Shown piece after piece: positions 63,001 to 64,000 of a stretch of 64,000 nucleotides of DNA. The number at the start of each line of letters is the position of its first letter. The stretch's first letter is position 1. The notes beneath the pieces were generated by a model that made no database searches, was not told where the DNA came from, and was given only the letters and a program-made list of their open reading frames with translations. The position numbers and the translations under genes were made by a program. The stretch spans positions 66,317,231-66,381,230 of the forward strand of contig JAUZTB010000127.1 in the NCBI GenBank assembly GCA_034780895.1. Direction: 5' to 3'. The stretch is from Rhynchobatus australiae (Eukaryota).

Positions 63001-64000
63001 GTGAGGGAGTCATTTCCATGCTGAAAAGAAGGGGATTTTGTGGAAAAAGTGATCAGATTTTGCACAGTTTCAAATAGATCAAAAGTTATTTCAGAAAAGG
63101 TCTGGGAAAAATTGAGGAAATGGTGATCAAATCTCATCATGTTGCCTAAACGACTGCACTCAGCAAATCTGAAGTGAATTCATCAGTGCTGCAAAATATT
63201 CCATATACTTTGAAGTATTTGTGCCGGAAATGATTAGGTCAGGACATTGGCTATTCCCCAGTGGAAGGCCTATTTAGCTGTATACTCTTTAATCTTTTTA
63301 ATGAAGTTCTGAAACCTTTGCGAGGATGCAACACTTTTTTAGATGAGGATAAAAGTGATTCATAAACATTTCATTTCTGCATTTTATCCTGGATCATGTT
63401 TGGCTAGTGCATCATCCTATCCTGGCTAACCTATGTTCATTCTTAGTGCCCCATATTTAAACCTTTTCTTGACTGTATTTCAGTCTCTGTAATGTCATCT
63501 AATCGTGCCAGCACCTTAATACAAGTACTTGGTTCCTCTTGTATATTGCCCTCATGTTTCCTATTTGTTAGTGGTCATAATTTCAGCCCATGCTCTGAAA
63601 TTAATGCATTCTATCTCTATATCATCACCTGCCACTTTTGGTCATCCCAGCAAACTCTCTCTCTTTTTGGCTTGGCATCTTTATTTCCTCGTATGGTTTT
63701 TTTTACATAAATTCAAATTGTTCTTGTGGCAGTACATTAAGGGGCTTAAAATACTTGAGCACAGCTTTTTGCGAAGCCATTCTTTCTTTGAGAAATATTT
63801 ACTCAAAACTTAATGATTTGTCGCATCTCCGGGTCATGTTGCATTTGATAATGATTAAAGCATTTCCTTCATCAGCCAAGTCTGCAAAAGTTGCATGGCA
63901 TCCCTATTGCCATGGTTAGATATTCAGAGCAGTCACTGTACTGTGAGCTGTCAGAACGCCAAATGTAGCTGTGCAGGGTGGGGAGTCTTGCAGCTGGCAT

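Noticed and set aside
1-64000. CRISPR arrays, operons, phage or endogenous viral genes, rRNA
   Set aside because: No regularly spaced repeats, gene-dense segments or recognisable motifs; the composition is that of vertebrate intronic DNA.

Overview
AT-rich eukaryotic genomic DNA from a draft assembly with nine N gaps. The repeat content (HE1/V-SINEs, Deu-domain SINEs, CR1, L2, RTE and Rex-Babar LINEs, Penelope-like remnants) points to a cartilaginous fish, probably an elasmobranch; this is inferred from repeats only. One convincing host coding exon is present: a 102-nt phase 0/0 exon at 22016-22117 (+) encoding SSVGTGDVEYSSMLMLEGMPAIRIKTEPAEPGQG. It matches the N-terminal MLMLDGMPAVRVKTE...EQG exon of KLF12 (KLF12/KLF8/KLF3 subfamily), so the window is probably intronic or 5' sequence of that gene. 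The PVDLS and zinc-finger exons are not in the window. Most notable observations: (1) about 12 short, often palindromic Penelope-derived insertions with decayed minimal hammerhead-ribozyme cores, several with 14-16 bp target-site duplications; (2) an inverted pair of CACCC boxes next to a TATA-like motif just upstream of the KLF exon, a possible auto-regulated internal promoter; (3) V-SINEs with two different LINE-derived tails; (4) nested insertions; (5) a candidate 46-nt cassette exon. I found no prokaryotic, CRISPR or viral system. Most ORFs in the track are spurious or decayed transposon frames. Repeat family names come from recalled consensus motifs, not database searches, and repeat boundaries are approximate.
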